From Eledone cirrhosa (taxonomy: Eukaryota): a DNA stretch of 64,000 nt. The notes under the pieces are model-generated. The model did not search any database. It saw only the letters and a program-made list of their open reading frames with translations, and was not told where the DNA came from. Position numbers and translations under genes: made by a program. The stretch spans positions 39,432,001-39,496,000 of the forward strand of contig OZ024744.1 of the NCBI GenBank assembly GCA_964016885.1, in the 5' to 3' direction. Shown in pieces: positions 52,779 to 64,000 of this stretch; within the stretch, counting starts at the first letter, position 1, and every line of letters begins with the position of its first letter.

Positions 52779-55244
52779 GAGGATTGTGGCGTCTTCACAG
52801 AAGATTACCGTCTTTTATTGATTCTTAATTGTCATCCCATCTGCGTCCATGACTTCGTAGATGACTTTGTAGATCAGTTGTAGATCTACATGACACAGGT
52901 GACAAAAGAGAGTTGTGCTTTCCACAGGACCGGTGGGGTCACCCTGTGGGACACAATCTTTATGCACCACCATGTGTTTTTTTTTTTAGTCCGAAACTAG
53001 TTCTACACACTTTATTGCATATCATGCACGTTGTTTCACCAGGTCTTTGTTGAGTGGTGTTGCGGGTGGTTGTCCTTTCATGTGACATCAGGTGATTAAC
53101 ATAACCAGCCTTTGAGAGGAGTACACACTGACAGAATTTGCATGTCCAACTACTGATGACTTCATCAAGACTGAGCACAACACTTCCGGAGCGGGGCTTC
53201 AGTTGATTATGTTCTAGACAACATTCCTCAAAAGTTTTGTAACTGCCCTTTATGCGCGTTCTCCACTCAGTCCTATTCAGAACTATCTCCTGCCAGTTGT
53301 CTCTATCAAATGCAAGTTCTTTGAGGATGTTCTTGATGCTGCCCCTGAACCTCATTTTCGGTTTGTGTTGAGGCCTTTTTCCAAGAACTCGCCGTAAAAC
53401 AGTTGCTTCGGGATCCTGAAGTCGATATGTGCTGTTCAGCGCATTTGAGATGTTACTTGATCCCAATGTTTGGACATTCTGCTTTGATAAGGGCATGGAT
53501 GTAAGGAGTTCTGTCTTGCCACTTGATGTTGAATATGCGCCTTAGACATTTCTGCTGAAAGCGCTCAAGCAATTTGATGTGTTTGTGGAATGGTGTCCAG
53601 GTTTCGGCAGAGTATAAAAGAGCAGACAGAACACATGATCTATACACTCACACCTTGGCATTGTTGGTAATGTTGCGATTTGCCCAAACTCCCTTTTCCA
53701 ATTTTCCGAAGGTAACAGGGGTCTTCTGGATTCGCAGATGTATTCCAGCATCCAAGGCGCCATCATTTGAGAATGTGCTACCCAAGTAGACAAAGTTATC
53801 TACTACTCCCAACCTGGTTCCATCAACCATGATATTGGGTTCAGTATATGATTCTCTAGGAGCAGGGGTAAACATTACTTTGGTCTTTTTAAGGCTGATT
53901 GTAAGCCCAAATGCTGTAGATGAGGATAAGAAACGGCCCATAAAGTGCTGCATGTCAGCTTCTGTGTGTGCTAGGAAGTCAGCGTCGTCTGCATAAAGAA
54001 GGACTCTGATCAAAGCTTGAAAGGTTTTTGTCTTGGCATTAAACCTTCTTAAGTTGAAAACCTTTCCAGTAATTCTGAACCATAAAAGAATGACTGTCAC
54101 AATCATGGAAAGCATGTGTGAACAAGGCAGCAAAAAAAGATGGAGAAAAGCGTAGGAGCAGGAATATCACCTTGCTTTACCCTGTTGTCAATTGGGATTT
54201 CCCCAGATAGTTGACCATTGAAGGTAACTTGAATTTTCATTTTACTGTGCTGCTTCTTTAGCATACACAAACTTGGGTGGACATCCCACTTCTCCAAGTA
54301 TCTCTGTTAACTGTGTCAAAAGTGATACCACGGTAGTTGCAACATCGATTTTTCACCTTTGCCTTTGTATAATGATAACAGAATACCGTTGATCCAGTCT
54401 TGCGGAACCAGAGTCCTATTCCAGCAATCAGTAATGAAGTTGCTTATTGCTTCTGTTACATTATCACCACCGACTTTCAGCAGTTTGACTGGGATACCAT
54501 CTGGACCTGGTGCCTTGCCAGAGTTAACCTGCTTGATTACCAGCTTTATTTCATCAGTAGAAAGAAGTCGATCCATACAGTGCACTGTTTCACTTTGAGG
54601 AAGGCCCTCTATCACTCCAAAATTGACTATTCATGGCTTCTCAAACAGCTCAGTAAAGGTGTTCTTCCCAACCCTGAAAGATTGTTTATGGTTCTTTGAT
54701 GATGATATTGACATCGTCTTCAGATCTCAGAGGAGTTAGTGAGGATGTTGGTTGGCCGAAGACTTGCCGTATCAATGAATAAAATGACTTCGAATCTTTG
54801 GTGTTAAAAGTCTGTTACTTCGCCACTCATTTTTCATCCTGCGCAGTTCGCTTGTAGTGCTACGAGATTCTGATTCAGGAGCTTTTCATAGAGAGTGTAC
54901 TTGGTTTTCAATAGCTGATCGATATTAGGATTGTTGTCATCAAACTAGTCCTGGTGTTTCTTGGTTCTGAAGCCAAGTATCTCAGCTACTATTGAGTAAA
55001 CTTGATCTCTAAACTTTTCCCAGGTGCCACTAAAATCAAGACCATCAAGTTTTTCAGTTAGGGTTGCACATACATCTGCTTACCTCAGTTTGGTGACATC
55101 AATGCGTTTCAGTGCTTTCATTCCACTCACTTCATGCACTGTACACACATCACTCAGATCTCGTTTATGAATGATGATGAAATCAATCATGTGTCCATGC
55201 TTGGACCTTGGATGATACCAGGTAGCTTTATATTTGAGCTTCTG
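52779..55244 (-). mobile_element. RTE-BovB-like LINE, 5'-truncated, with C-terminal C2H2 fingers
   Basis: WYHPRSKHGHMIDFII, GKAPGPDGIP, VKQGDIPAPTLFSIF, LLYADD, LLYSAETWT, CKFC...NHLMSH; (ACAT)n on both sides. Confidence 0.85.
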
Positions 55245-55265
55245 ATACATACATACATACATACA

Positions 55266-55297
<32 letters not shown>

Positions 55298-55421
55298 AAC
55301 ATACATACATACATACATACATACATACATACATACATACATACATACATACATACATACATACATACATGATAGCTTCCCCCTCGTTATCGAGTATGGC
55401 CATTGCACGAGAATAAAAAAC

Positions 55422-55468
<47 letters not shown>

Positions 55469-55469
<1 letters not shown>

Positions 55470-58207
55470 TTTTCTTTATTAACCACAAGGGTTTACATAA
55501 AGTAGACATTAAGGACAGTACAGGACAATACAGGACGGTACAAATGGGCATTTCTGCGTGTAAAAAAAACAGAGGATGTAATAAAATAACAAAGAAAAAT
55601 TCCCCAATAGGGGGGAGACTTCGGAGGGAGATTTGTGGAAGAAGCCCATTAAAAGACCAGTGACCCTGACCACCAGGGCAAGTGCCCTCTCCCAGTTTTC
55701 CACCTTTAATTTACAGACACATACTCAGAGTAGGCCCATTCACTCGGACCATTCTGGGAAGAGAGCACTTCCCTCTCTACCCTGATTTTCCTTTTCAAAT
55801 GAAATTTGTAAAAGTTAATCAGGGCATCACCGAAGAGGTAAGTGCTCGTCTTCAGCCCTTTCAAACGTGTCCACCATACTATCTCTTTCGCCATGGCCAC
55901 CAGACAGATAAAAACTGCCTGCCCTTCCCGGCTAAAGGAAGAGGGCGGGGCAATCCTCACGATGGACTCAGCTAGCTGGATCCGTCCTACACGTGACAGC
56001 AGGTGTTCGACATAAACCCAGAATTCAGCAATTTTCGGACACTGGACGAGTGCGTGCAGGACGGTTTCGTCGCCCTGCGCGCATCTCGGACATGCCCGGC
56101 TGACGGCACCTCCATGCCTGTAGAGTTTATCCCGAACTGGCAAGGCTCCTCGGTAGCACTGCCAGGCCAGAGATTTCTGGAAGTTGTCCATAGGTCCCGG
56201 CCCGAAAGTTCTTCCGAAGAGATTGGCTAGTTGATTTTCGTCGACGCCTAGAGTTTCCCCAAGTACGTCGTCGCTCTTCCCCTCCACTAATGCTCTATAG
56301 AACGCCGATGTGGAGTTTCCACTGATCACATTGCCCGATTGGTCGAGGGCTGTGAGCGCCTGAAGACATTCCAGTCTCCAGGCGCTCCCTCTCGGTCTTC
56401 GCTTGACCCAGGACTGCAGCTCTGTCAAGGAAACGAGCTGGGGAAATACGTGTCTAGAAAACGGCGACCACACCTGATCACCGTCGAGGAAGAGGTGGAG
56501 ATGTCGTAGCCTGAGCGCGTGCCTGCGCATCATCAGCCACGGCATGCCCAGCCCTCCACGTAGCGGGTGTTGACAGCAGATGGACCGCCTGACCATCGGA
56601 GCGCGTCCCTTCCACAAAAAGCGAAAGAGCAAACGCTCCAGCGCAGTCAGGCGGGGCTTAGGACAAGATACGACGGTCAGGCGGTAGCAGATGACAGACG
56701 CGATGTACGCGTTAGTCACCTCCGCTCGACCTTTCAGGGATAGCTTCCTCTCCGCCCATTTCTGGGTGAGAGAAGCCACCCTGCTCGTCACCTCGTCCCA
56801 GTTTTTATCCGTCTGGAGGTCCGGACAGAACCAGACCCCTAGCAATTTAACTGGTCCGTCCTGTTGGACGGCATGAACCTGCCTCTCCAGGTGCCGAGCT
56901 GCAGGCCCATTGACTTTTCCTGGTTGATCATTGCTCCTGTCACCGCTTCGTATTCTCTTAGTGTAGTGCCGATCGCCTCAATGTGTTTGGCGTTCGACAC
57001 CACTACGGTGACATCGTCCGCATATGCTGACACGGTTTTTTTGTCCTCGATTCCGACGAGGACAGCCAAGAAGGGGCCATCCCGGGGGGGACGTGGGTCA
57101 GTTTGACCCTCACAATTTTTTGCCCGCAGTAGGAGGGCACCAACACCATTTCCTCGCTCCTTAGGGTCACTAAGGATTGAGCCTTTGCCTCCTGGGGTGT
57201 GGCAAAAAGCACGTCTACGGTGGCATATTTCTTGCCTCGGGTGATATGCGTTTTCCGCTGCCACACAGACCCTAAGGCTTTTTGTATTTGAGCCTCTGTG
57301 GCTCTTTCAGCCCTACGGGATTTTATGCTTACTGTACGGTACGTGACCGTACAGTGCTGTTGGGTTTCGAAAAATTTTCGGCTGCCTTGCAGATTGCTCG
57401 GTGTCCGGTTTTCGTCACCATCTTCTTCGCTTCCTGTAATTCCTCATTTGTTATGAGGATGGTTTCCAGGTTCTTTGCGATACCTGCAAATGAGATTGGT
57501 TTTTCTTTGCTGCTGCTGTTGTTGTTGTTGTCGTCAGAACTGCTGTTACTTTTGTTGTTGCTGCAGGTACTACGACTACTGCCGCCGCCGCTGTTGCTGT
57601 GGTTGTTGTTGTTGTTGCTGCTGCTGCTGCTGTTGTTGTTGCTGTTGCTGCTAATGCTGTTGTTGTTTATGCTGCTGCTGCTGCTGCTGTTGCGGCTGCT
57701 ACTGTTGTTTTCCTTGTCACTGTGGCTGCTGCTGCTGTTATTATGGCTGCTACTGCTATTATTCATGACGTCAGACGAATGAAATGGGTTTTCGTATTTC
57801 CCGCACACCTGTTTCGTCGTTGTCGTCGTCGTGGAGAAATGTTGCCCGCTTTGCACGTGATTTTTCTTTACTGGCGTGGCTTGCGAAAGAGAAGGGGGAA
57901 GAGAGACACTCTTCTCTCTGCTGTAGTGACGATTGAGGAAGAAGAAGACGGAATGAGTAGGAGTGACCTATGAAAATTCTTTTTAGTAGCCATGTTTTTT
58001 TTTGTTTAAAATAAATATTGGGCACAAAACCTCAATAAGCGGTTATTTAATCCCGAGGGGCCAAATAACGGGCAGAAATACCCCTCTCACGAGGAGGGGG
58101 GTATTTTTGTCTACAATTTGGTTAAAGTTTTAAACAATTTACAATTGTTATAGCGGTCAAAATTTACAATACCTTACAGAGCCGAGCCTCCGTCAACCAT
58201 AGCATTC
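55469..58207 (-). mobile_element. Tx1-like LINE copy E with both termini and a ~3.2-kb internal deletion
   Basis: Same 5' end (GAATGCTATGG) and 3' end as copies A/B; junction near 57035 joins mid-ORF1 to VSAYADD; (AAT)n on both sides. Confidence 0.9.
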
Positions 58208-58261
<54 letters not shown>

Positions 58262-58322
58262 TAATAATAATAATAATAACAACAACAATAATAATAACGA
58301 CAACAATAACAATAATAATAGT

Positions 58323-58369
<47 letters not shown>

Positions 58370-58397
58370 TAAACATATCTACACACACACACACACG

Positions 58398-59146
58398 ATA
58401 GCAATTAACAGCGCTGCGATCGAATGTGGCTTTTTAGCCCAGCCAATGATCTTGCACAGAGTTGGGCAACCAAAACATTCACTGGGAGTAGCTGGCTGTG
58501 GTTGGTGTTTATGTACTTTTGCATGTCGTTTGAGCCCTCCTGCTGATTTACATTCTCTACCATATGCTTGACAAGCATGATGAGTAGCATCTCCAACAGC
58601 AGCCTGGTAGTCAACCACTGGTCTTACTTTATGACTGCGAAGATGACTTTCAAGTCCAGCTTCGCGGATTCAGAATTTCGCACAGACGCTGCATGTCAGC
58701 GCCATAGGAGGACCTTCGCCGTCTGGAAATGCAATAGTAATGCCCTTCCTTGCATCTCGCTTTACTTTCTGGAATGCGATTCGAGATGCCTCAAAGGCAA
58801 CTTTCCCCTCAAATACAGTCTTTCTCCATTGATTACGATCAGCAGCAACATTTTCCCATGTATCAGCAGAGATGTTAGCGTCTTTCAAAGGGGCTTTCAA
58901 GGAATCCTTATACATCTTTTTTGGTTTATGTGGAGGTCGTTTTCCTTTAACTAACTCTCCATAAAAGAGTTGTTTTAGTATTCTAGAATCCTTCATCCTG
59001 GCAAGGTGACCACTCCAACAGAGTCTTTGCTTAAGCACAAGAGCTTCTATACTGTCACACAGAGAGCTTTCCAAAATCTCGACATCACTGATGTGGTCCC
59101 TCCAGTGAACGCCATGGATCCGTCTGAGACACATCTGATGGATGGA
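58398..59146 (-). mobile_element. RTE-BovB-like 3' fragment with several C2H2 fingers
   Basis: HQMCLRRI...QRLCWSGHLARM...QLFYGEL; ECKSAGGLKRHAKVH; RSLAGLKSHIRS. Confidence 0.8.
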
Positions 59147-59190
59147 TACATACATACATACATACATACATACATACATACATACATACA

Positions 59191-59219
<29 letters not shown>

Positions 59220-59221
<2 letters not shown>

Positions 59222-60040
59222 GTAAAACACAGACCATAGAGGGGATAAACCACTCAAAAAGCCTGGCATGGAGTTCCGACAAGTTTATGACATCACACCT
59301 TGAGGGATATCTCTATGCAATACAGGAACAAGAACTCCCTACCAAATATCTGCTACATAAAAGAGGAGGGCCAGCAGCTGACAATAAATGTAGGCTATGT
59401 AAAACAAAGATCGAGGATGTAAGCCACATTGTTGCCAGCTGCGAAAGAATGTCATCTCGCTACTACCTCCCCGTGAGACACGATGGGATAGCTAGAACCA
59501 TCTGGAACGCACTTCGGAAAACAAAATTAACAACAAACGAGGAAGAATATATTGAGACAGATGGCACTAAGGAATACTGGTGGAACCTGAAAATAAAAAC
59601 TGCCACCAAATTAAAGCACAACCGGCCTGATATTGTTGTTTGGGACCACACATTGAAAACGTGCTCTGTTGTGGAGATCAGCTGCCCACTTGATGTCAAC
59701 GTTGTCAGAAAAATACAGGAGAAGTAGGACATTTACGGACCATTGATGAGGAGTTTACAAATCCAGTATCCAAGATACACCTTTAGCTTCATACCCATCA
59801 TTATTGGAGCTACGGGTTATATACCAACCCGCTTGGACCAAAGTATGACTGAACTTGGATTTGCGGACAAAAAGCGCAGCTCCCTCATTCATAGTCTACA
59901 AATGGCTGCGATAGCTGGCACCTTCAAAATTTGCAAAACATTCTTGCGATTCAAGGGATGACAATTTCTTTTCTTTTACAACCTTGCCACCAGGAAGGTG
60001 GCCGGTCAAAAAAAATATACTCGAAATTAAGAGAAAGAGA
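59220..60040 (+). mobile_element. Third copy of the (ACAT)n-associated RLE family
   Basis: ORFs 59287-59727 and 59743-59961; preceded by (ACAT)n and followed by TAATATACATACAT. Confidence 0.85.
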
Positions 60041-62039
60041 TAATATACATACATATCGTACATGACCTGTTTATCGTCTACGAAGGTGAAAATGAACGGC
60101 ATCTGGCAACTAGACCTAAGACGAAAGATCGCCTCGTGATTATATATAACAACGTTTTACGAAAAATTTGCAACATAATCTTTTGGTTGGTTTATTTGAA
60201 CACTTTCCTTTCATTCTTTCCCCACTATTTTCCCCTTTCGTGCTTTGTCTCAAACAATGTTTTTTTTTTTGTTTTTTTTTTCAGATTTGCTTAGTGTATT
60301 CTGGTGCTCTATTTCTCGTAGACGGCAGGGGTTGGGAGAACCCCCCCCCCTCCCCACATACACAACACACACTATGAGTGGGCAGGACTGTGAAGATTAG
60401 AAAATGGACGAACGAATTACTATATTTAATATAATGAAGATTTTGCTTTGTCATAGTTCTGTTATAAAATCATTCTATTACCTCTGATGTCCTCGGTCCC
60501 CGGGCTGTTTTCATCTGCCAAATTGGGAAGAGGCCATCATGCCTGAGGAAAGACCCCCGTGAGGTAGAATGGCTGATGCAGCCGGTATCGCTGGCTGTTC
60601 TCGGCGGCTATACTTTAAATATCTTGTCCGCGTAACATAACTGAGATATACCGTCCAGCTATAGGCGTAGAGTGATGTTCCTCCTCATTTACACCCACCG
60701 CCTTTTCTATTTCTCTTTTTTTTTTTTTTTGTTAATTATGATATTGTAAACATCTTTAAAATGTTACACTCTTATATCTAATAAATATTATTTAAACCCA
60801 TATATCTTCTGGGTAAGAAATAAGGAGTGTAGCTAATATTTGTTAGTTTGTGTATGCTGCTCTGTATTTACTACTTAGAAATAGGGGTGTATGTGAAGAT
60901 ATATACGATAGGTTTATGTACAATAAACATACAAGAGTCTTACTATAAATATTTTAAGCTTTAATCATGTCACAGCTATCTCAGAAGTCCTGTAAGAACG
61001 CCATACACGTGTTTCATCGAAGATGCCTTCTCATTCGGCACTGAGACAATATAAAACATCAGCTGTGGATGCTGTTTTGCATATATGGCATGTGAGCCTG
61101 ACAGCTAGGATTAATCAGTAGTAGCATTAACATAGCGGGATTTCATAATAGAAGTGAATATGAAGACATAAGATACAAGCCTTCCGGCGCTAGGGAGCTT
61201 TTGCAACGTGGAAACTTTTTGAATGATCTTTTTTCCTACACTGATATTTTCTATTGGCTCTAAATATGTTAGTATGATCCTGTTTTTAATTTCTTTCTTA
61301 GTCTCGTATTGGTGATAAAAAAAAGCATCCGCTAATAATAATAATACATATGTACAGTATATATATTTAAGTCAATCCCAAAAGTGTAACGGGAGCTTTG
61401 CAATATGTCTATATGTAATAAGAATACATAAATTTCGTTCTGAATGTTTTAAGCTATGAATCACGTATAAGCATGCCTTCATATATGTATCTAGTATGAA
61501 TCACGCTATGTTAGTATTACTACATAGTATATTTGTTAAATTATTCTTTTAGTGGTGATGCCCGATGTTATGATGTGCAATAAGGCCTGGTGCTAAAATG
61601 GTTGTCCATGTCTGGTCTGACATAGAGGTTCCCCACCCTCCCGTCCTTAACTACGTCTGATGAGAGTAGCCAATGTTGGTTTAATTGGTCGTTAATTAAA
61701 CACTTTAGTGATATACTTACAGTACAAAACATACTTGACATTTCCTATTCAACGAACGAAACTTTTCTTTCTAGCATCTAGCCGTCTCTCACCCACCTCG
61801 TTAACGCTGCGTTAGTTGCCAAGTAATAATACTTAATTACAACGGCTGTTTGTTGTTGTTTTAAACCCACAATAGCAATTAAACATTCCACACAAAAAAA
61901 ATAAATTTAAAAAAAAATGTCAATGAAAAAATTAGTAAATTTATTTGTTTAATTCTTTACATTCTTGCTGTTATTTGAACCTTTAATTTTAAATTCATCT
62001 CCCTGACAGACCCCCCCCCCCCCCCCCGGGCTGATAATC

Positions 62040-62670
62040 TTCTTCTTCTCCCACTTATTCCTGAGAGGGTTGTGGAGGCAGAGTCCTCAAACACTCCATC
62101 CAGTAGGTCCTGTCAGAAGCAACTATCTCCAACGAGAGACCAGCCAAGCTCATGGATGTTATCCAACTATCTTGCTCGGTGTCTACCCGGGGTCTCCTGC
62201 CGGTTCCTTTTGCCTGAAAAATCAGTCCAGTGATTCTTTCCTGGGACATTCTAACCGCATGCTCATAGTATCGCAGCTGTGATCTCTCAAATCGGAGAAG
62301 TAGCGGCTCTAACTGGAGTGACTCTCTGATCTTCGACCTACGCACTTTATCGAGTAACGTTACACCAAAGACCTGTTGGAGAAATAACATTTCGGTTGCT
62401 TGTATTTGCGATCGTATTCTTTTGGTCATTACCCAAAATTCATGGCCACCGAATTGTAGATAGCAAGTTTGACTTTTACACCTACCTCCCTTTTTCCGAT
62501 TACTGAATGCTGAAGCTGACGCATTACTACACCAGCTCCTGTAATTCTTGCACTTAATTTAGCCTCCTGCCTTCCATCATTCGTGAACACGGCCCCGAGA
62601 TACTTGAACTTTTCTACCTGCTTCAGTGGAACTCCATTCACGTGCAGAGTGCACTGCGAAGGCTTCCTTG
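62040..62670 (-). mobile_element. RTE/Rex3-like LINE 3' fragment
   Basis: LKQVEKFKYLG...DGR, RSQIQATEM.FL, IRESLQLEPLLL.FERSQLR. Confidence 0.8.
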
Positions 62671-62789
62671 ACTACCAAGTTTCGTACAATTAATTTGGAC
62701 TACATGCAATAAATAGGTACAGAGAAGATTTTTTCGTTAAAACGTCAGATTGACAGAATTCATTAGCTATTATATCTATCTATCTATCG

Positions 62790-62891
62790 TCGAGGCTAAC
62801 TTTGCCTTTCATCCTTACGGGGTCGATAAAATAAAGTACCAGTAATGTACTGGGTAATTGCTGGCCTTGTGCCAAAAGTAGAAACAATTAT
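62790..62891 (+). mobile_element. Octopus-type SINE 3' part
   Basis: Reverse complement of the family core, ending GGCCTTGTGCCAAAAGTAGAAACAATTA. Confidence 0.75.
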
Positions 62892-63377
62892 ATCTATCTA
62901 TTACTAAAACTCTGCGATTGCTTGTTTGCTTGTCTGTAATGTAATACAGCCAAAAGGGAGAGTAGATTGAAAGAGAGCCATAGCGAGAGAGAAAGAGAGA
63001 AAGAGAAGGAGACAGAGAAGGAAAATGGAAGAGAGGGAGAGAGGGGGCGAGAGAGATAGGTGTTGTTGAATGAAATGATAACTGGTGACTTCAAAGAAAC
63101 GAATACAGCATCCTGCTAAATAGAAAGGGTTTCTAAGTGTGTGTGTGTCTGTGACTGGTGTATATAGGTCACAGACACCGCATATACATATACACACAAA
63201 CACACATATATATATATGAATATATATATTACTTTAAAAGGAAGTTGACTCTGAAATGCGAATACAAATGGAATAAAACAAGTTTCGCGTAAATCGGTGC
63301 ACGGGTTCCCGAGATATAGGGACGTAACTGTGCTGCAAAGCATGGCGCCCGACCCTCTACCGATACTGCCAATTCAT

Positions 63378-63642
63378 ATTGCCAGAAATGATAACAGAAC
63401 ACACTCACTGTTTGGTTTGGGTTATAAATATATCTATTTTGAGTTTTTAACTCAATCTATGATATATATTTATATCTATATTTTTAACCGCTGGTCAATC
63501 AATGATAAACATTGGTTGCCAAATAAATTAACTATGGAGATATAAAAATACAGAAGCGAAAACCAACCCAAACCAAACAGTGAGTGTGTTCTGTTATTAT
63601 TTCTGGCAATACTATAACAATATGACCCTCCCCAAGTATAAC
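63378..63642. mobile_element. Penelope-like terminal remnant with inverted repeat
   Basis: 63378-63423 is inverted at 63565-63611; ATGACCCTCCCCAAGTATAAC matches the pLTR end at 14283-14304. Confidence 0.5.
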
Positions 63643-63660
63643 TATATATAACTATATATA

Positions 63661-63694
<34 letters not shown>

Positions 63695-63827
63695 AATACA
63701 TACATTTATATATACAAATACACACATTTATTTATATATACAAATACACACATTTATTTATATATACAAATACACACATTTATATATATATACAAACACA
63801 CGCATTTATATATATACATACACACAC

Positions 63828-63883
<56 letters not shown>

Positions 63884-64000
63884 ACCTTCCAGTTTCATTT
63901 GACATTATATACGTTTGTGTATATTTTAATTATTTAAAAATTATTTTTAGGCGAACATGACCCAACGGGCCACGGGTGGTCTTGTATGTATCTATTAGGG

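Noticed and set aside
51835-59282. MYVC/HTYI-repeat ORFs and the regular repeat-spacer-like look of (ACAT)n blocks
   Set aside because: Microsatellite translations. The intervening pieces are retrotransposon fragments of variable length, not CRISPR spacers, and the sequence is eukaryotic.
61645-61700. CTGATGAG motif
   Set aside because: No stem II or GAAA follows.

Overview
Eukaryotic, repeat-dominated window, most likely from an octopus (inferred from the abundant tRNA-derived SINE family with the core TACTGGTACTTTATTTTATCGAC...AAAGTTAACCTCGGCGG and very long TA/AAT/ACAT microsatellites). Only one host coding segment is visible: an 87-bp first coding exon of a SWAP70/DEF6-like gene (minus strand, 12394-12308), which is not in the ORF track. 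The rest is mostly nested non-LTR retrotransposons that sort by microsatellite type. RTE-like LINEs carrying a PHD-like finger abut (TA)n. A Tx1/L1-clade family (about 9 copies, all minus strand, one with an intact 1139-aa ORF2), Dong/R4-like RLE elements and SINEs sit in (AAT)n. A second RLE family and C2H2-bearing RTE elements sit in (ACAT)n. Also present: a Penelope-like element with inverted pLTRs and minimal hammerhead ribozymes, a deleted mariner, two hAT-type MITEs, a ~4.1-kb near-identical duplication and several templated inverted insertions. All coordinates were read by eye and may be off by a few bases; family names come from motif recognition, not database searches.
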